Below, piece after piece: positions 60,501 through 64,000 of a stretch of 64,000 nt of DNA. The first letter of the stretch is position 1. The number at the start of each line of letters is the position of its first letter. The DNA comes from Macrostomum lignano (Eukaryota), in the NCBI GenBank assembly GCA_002269645.1, contig NIVC01001257.1:248001-312000 (forward strand), in the 5' to 3' direction. The translations under genes and the position numbers were made by a program. The notes below the pieces were generated by a model that saw only the letters and a list, made by a program, of their open reading frames with translations, ran no database searches and was not told the DNA's origin.

Positions 60501-62358
60501 ATCACAGCAAAATCTGAATTCTCCGGACTTCTTCCGGCGAGAACTATAGGGCAACTCCACTCAGATTCTGAGGGCTCAATCAAATCGTGCTCTAACAGCT
60601 GCTGCACATGCCGCTAACAAATTCTCGTTGCTCAGGGCTTTGCTTGCGCAGGGAATTCTGACTGGATTTCATCGGTAGTCTCGATCTTGAATTCGCCCAT
60701 CTGGGTCTTGCCGATATCCCACTGATCCTTCGAAACTATATTTTGATAACGGTGTAATAATTCAATTACTTTTCTCTTCTGAGCCTCACTTAAATCGGTC
60801 TCGTTTAAGCGGAATTGCTTCCTAATTCTTTCTGCTTCTTGCATCGTGACTGCTGCCTTCGATTGCTTTTGCGCACCTACTTCTAAATCAGTTTCTGACA
60901 TAGCGAAAAGTTCTACTTCTTCCTTCATCGGTTGATACTGCGCAACTACCTCATCCTTATGAATTGTCTGTGCCTCTTCTGTCAGGTTCATTAATCTAAC
61001 GTAAGTTTCGCCGAATTCGTCTAATCTAGTAATAGCTTTAGCTACTAATGGCTCATCTTTCTCGCTAATTTGACTGCGGCCTGAAATGAAGCCGAGTTCT
61101 GCAGTTTCTGGAGTATCTTTACATTTAGCCTTGACATAAATTTCGCTCATCGGTGCTATAGATACTTTCTTGACTACTTGCAGTAGGACGCAACGCGTTT
61201 CATCACTCGTTGTTACAAGCGGAATTCTGCGATCACTAAATTCTAAGGATTTTCCTGCTATATCTAATTTAATTTTATGCCTAGTTAACAAGTCGATGCC
61301 TATTATTGATGATGTTAGTAAGCCTTCAGCAACATAGAATGGGTGCGTAATCTCGCAGTCCCCGAATCTAACGCGCAATGCTACTTGGCCTAATAAATTT
61401 GAAGTCTGGCCATTGCGGATCGCATATTTACAGAGCATGGCTTCAGACTATGATTTGCCGGATAGAGGCGCTGATATAATTTATTATCAATTAGGCAATT
61501 CGAGGCGCCGGTGTCAACTAATATTTTTTCGCTTAATCCGTTAATCTGGCTATCGAGGAATAATCCTGAATTCACTAATTGGCTAGATATGTCTGCTTCT
61601 ACGGTCTTCTCTCGCTTCTCTGTTGCTTTCTTTTCAGCTGCCACATCTCGCTGGATGGCTGTCTCTAACTTCCTTAATTCTTGCTTCATTTCCCTAAGTT
61701 CAGCTCTAAGTTCTGTTGTCGTTGCACTACTGTCTAATACTACTTTCGCTGGCTCTTCTTGGACTTTTCCTACCAAGCATTGGCGTAAGTCCTTCAGTTC
61801 GGTTCTAAGTTCTGACAATTCTTTTACTACTTTCGGTTCGTCTGATGAAGCTTTCTTGCCTTCCACCTCACTGAGTCTCAAGTCTATGCTATTCAATGCG
61901 CTTCTCTGAGCTGCCGCAGCTTCGCTTCGCTTCTCTAATTCTTCTTTCAATTGCTCTGACTGTCTAGCTAAGCTCGCTGACTTCTGTTTGTTAATTTCTG
62001 CTAATCTGCGTTCCTCGCTTGAGCAAATTTTAACATTGACCGCTCTCTGTTTCCTACTATGAGTAGTATCGTTAGTGCGAATAAATTTTACTGTCGCCCT
62101 CTGGCGCAGAAAATGCATAATTTCGTAATCAGTTGCTATATTAGTATTAGTCACATGAAAGAAAATATCTCTATTATTGCTATCTCGCAGGAATCCGTAG
62201 CCTCTGTAATAATTATACCAAACTAAATTTCCATATTCTACATTGACTGAGCTGTCTTGCTGGTCCTCTACTGCTGCAGCTCTTCTATTGGGAGTGAATC
62301 GGTTTAGTGGCTGGGGGCGGTTGGCCCTCCCTTGGTGCCGCCCCGTCGGTAGTTTAAA
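57585..62358 (-). CDS. pol: Pol polyprotein (CSD - coiled coil - protease - RT - RNase H - integrase), interrupted by several apparent 1-nt frameshifts in this sequence
   Basis: ILVDTGAS (protease), STLDMVGAYW and LYLDDV (RT), LDVDACD (RNase H), H..H/CTEC zinc finger, HIDFAG, ISDRG, GRCERM and WVGPY (integrase). ORF breaks near 61415, 60560-60660, 60175 and 59175. Confidence 0.92.
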
Positions 62359-63536
62359 GAATTTCGTCTAACTGGGCAGTCTCTAGCCAGGTGAGTTTCT
62401 TCGCCGCACTCATAACAGGCCTTTCTCGCATTTGGCGCGTTCGCCCCCGAAGGTGTGAACCTGTCATTGGCCCCTCCGGCCTCGTGACCAAAGCGTGACG
62501 GGCGTGTCATGGCGGGCCTGACAAATGGCGAAGACTGCCTATTATAGGGTCTCGAGTAACTGCTCATGTGATGCTGTGGCCGAAAGCTATTCGGAGGCTG
62601 CACTGGTGCCTGTGGCCTATAGCTTGGGTTCATTTGTCTATGGGCGAACCTAGGTTGCCATTGCCTGTAGTCGAACTGAGGCTGATAATTCTGGTACGGT
62701 TGGTACTGCGAAGGATAATTGCTCGGGGAAGCAAACTGAGGTCCAAATGACTGGTGGCCTTGGTCCGCGCTGGGTGCTGGCTTTTTCTGCTCTTTTTCTA
62801 CTTGAGCTGTCAAAGTATTTGAGCCCTCCTGCTTCCTCCTATTCTTTTGACTGCCTGGATTTGCGAGTTCTTCGAGGATCTCCTCGTTCTTTGCTGCAGT
62901 CAGTAAATCTTGCGTCTGGTATTTCGATTCATGCGTTCTGCGATAGGCAATAACTGCGCGCCTGACTTTATAATTCGCTATGCCGGCTTCAAATCGTTCA
63001 GAAACTCGCTCTCTAGCCTGACTCTCTAGTCCTGCTTTCCTAACTAATTCAACTAGCGCGTCGTAAAATTCTTCTAACGATTCGTCTTCCTTCTGCCTGC
63101 GGTTCATCAGCTCTAGCTTCGCTTCTTCCTTCTGTCCTACGGGCTTAAATTTGTCCTTTAAAGTCTTTTCGATGCTTTCGAAAGATTCGGTGCTCGCTAG
63201 GCCTAAGTTAATGTAAACCTTGTAGGCGTCTTCGTCTAGGAGCGACAATAGTTGATACACTTTAGCCGATTCGTCTATACTGTTGCCTTGACAGTAGTTG
63301 TTGAAGATTCTTAGAAACAATTCAAAATCTGAGCCAAGTCGGTATGGCTTGGGCTTTGCTACGCTGTTATGCGACTTCAAAATCACTCTAGGTTCAGGAT
63401 TTTCGGTTTCCATTCTTCTTATGCGATCCTGCAGTTCTCTCACTACTGTTCTCAAATGTTCGGCCTCATCTATTTCGCCTTCGTTCCTAATCTCAACTGA
63501 CTTCGATTCTTGACTATTTTCTCCGTCCTGCGCCAT
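62304..63536 (-). CDS. gag: Gag (410 aa) with a CCHC zinc knuckle
   Basis: ATG-led intact ORF; capsid-like KPKPY...DFELFL; Q/P-rich linker; CYECGEETHLARDC. Confidence 0.93.
   Translation of the reverse strand: MAQDGENSQESKSVEIRNEGEIDEAEHLRTVVRELQDRIRRMETENPEPRVILKSHNSVAKPKPYRLGSDFELFLRIFNNYCQGNSIDESAKVYQLLSLLDEDAYKVYINLGLASTESFESIEKTLKDKFKPVGQKEEAKLELMNRRQKEDESLEEFYDALVELVRKAGLESQARERVSERFEAGIANYKVRRAVIAYRRTHESKYQTQDLLTAAKNEEILEELANPGSQKNRRKQEGSNTLTAQVEKEQKKPAPSADQGHQSFGPQFASPSNYPSQYQPYQNYQPQFDYRQWQPRFAHRQMNPSYRPQAPVQPPNSFRPQHHMSSYSRPYNRQSSPFVRPAMTRPSRFGHEAGGANDRFTPSGANAPNARKACYECGEETHLARDCPVRRNSLNYRRGGTKGGPTAPSH
62314..62358 (-). promoter_or_regulatory. -1 programmed ribosomal frameshift signal between gag and pol
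   Basis: T-TTA-AAC heptamer in the gag frame (62358-62352), 7-nt spacer, then a GGGGCGG/CCGCCCC stem (62344-62338 / 62320-62314). The -1 frame is open into the protease. Confidence 0.85.
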
Positions 63537-63915
63537 TGCTAAGTTTTAATCAATCGGAATTTCTATTACTGCAACTTCAGAAAGTACAACTTGTAGGCTA
63601 TAACAATTTCAATAATCTCGCTTTCCTATTTTATCTAATGAGCGGAATCGGTCGCCTCGCTCGCACTGGCAATAACTGATAAGAAAACTGAATGTACACT
63701 GAGACAAATTCAACCAATGTACTCTCTAGTGCGCGCACTCGCAGACTATGCTGGTAAACACTAATAAAATTTTCAACTGTAAACAAAATCTACTTTCACA
63801 CGCAAGTTTCTATTAAAGTACTAATTTTAGTTTTAGAAAGTCAATTTTATTTTTCCCACTCCTAAATCCTATTCAGTATTTTGGGGTAACTGGCCAACCG
63901 CAAAACCACACCTAA

Positions 63916-64000
63916 TGCGGAGTTGCTGCACACTGCGTGGTTGACGAAATAGCCGCTACGAGCCTGGAACAGACTCGTTGAATTTTAGTCTAAGCTTGCT
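63916..64000 (-). repeat. U5 end of the 5' LTR of Gypsy element 2 (partial)
   Basis: Identical to 54592-54676. Confidence 0.92.

Larger units (their letters stand above)
54592..64000 (-). mobile_element. Ty3/Gypsy LTR retrotransposon with long LTRs and a CSD-containing pol; 5' LTR runs off the window
   Basis: TG...CA LTR at 55919-54592; 85 bp of the second LTR (63916-64000) are identical to 54592-54676; PPT, gag, and PR-RT-RH-IN domain order. Confidence 0.96.

Overview
Eukaryotic (metazoan) genomic DNA. Spliceosomal introns, GC-rich exons and very dense minisatellites suggest a flatworm such as Macrostomum, but the organism is an inference. Roughly a third of the window is tandem repeat, in about 25 separate arrays. 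Host genes: (1) a sex-peptide/MIP-receptor-like GPCR (+) whose exons 2-3 recur in an ~8.1 kb tandem duplication; (2) casein kinase 1 epsilon/delta (-); (3) CFAP52/WDR16 (+), head-to-head with CK1; (4) an orphan rhodopsin-type GPCR (-) that probably has an extra N-terminal exon and a spliced tail. Mobile elements: a deleted Mag-like Gypsy element with a nested hAT-type MITE (2790-6081), a hairpin MITE, a probable CORE-SINE, and a young Gypsy element with a 1.3 kb LTR (54592 to past the window end). Main discovery: that second element encodes a cold-shock domain (CSD) plus a long coiled coil at the start of pol. The domain lies behind a U-UUA-AAC -1 frameshift site, just after the Gag zinc knuckle. 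The ORF track hides it because the conserved half lies upstream of the called start codon. No CRISPR array, rRNA or tRNA gene is supported.
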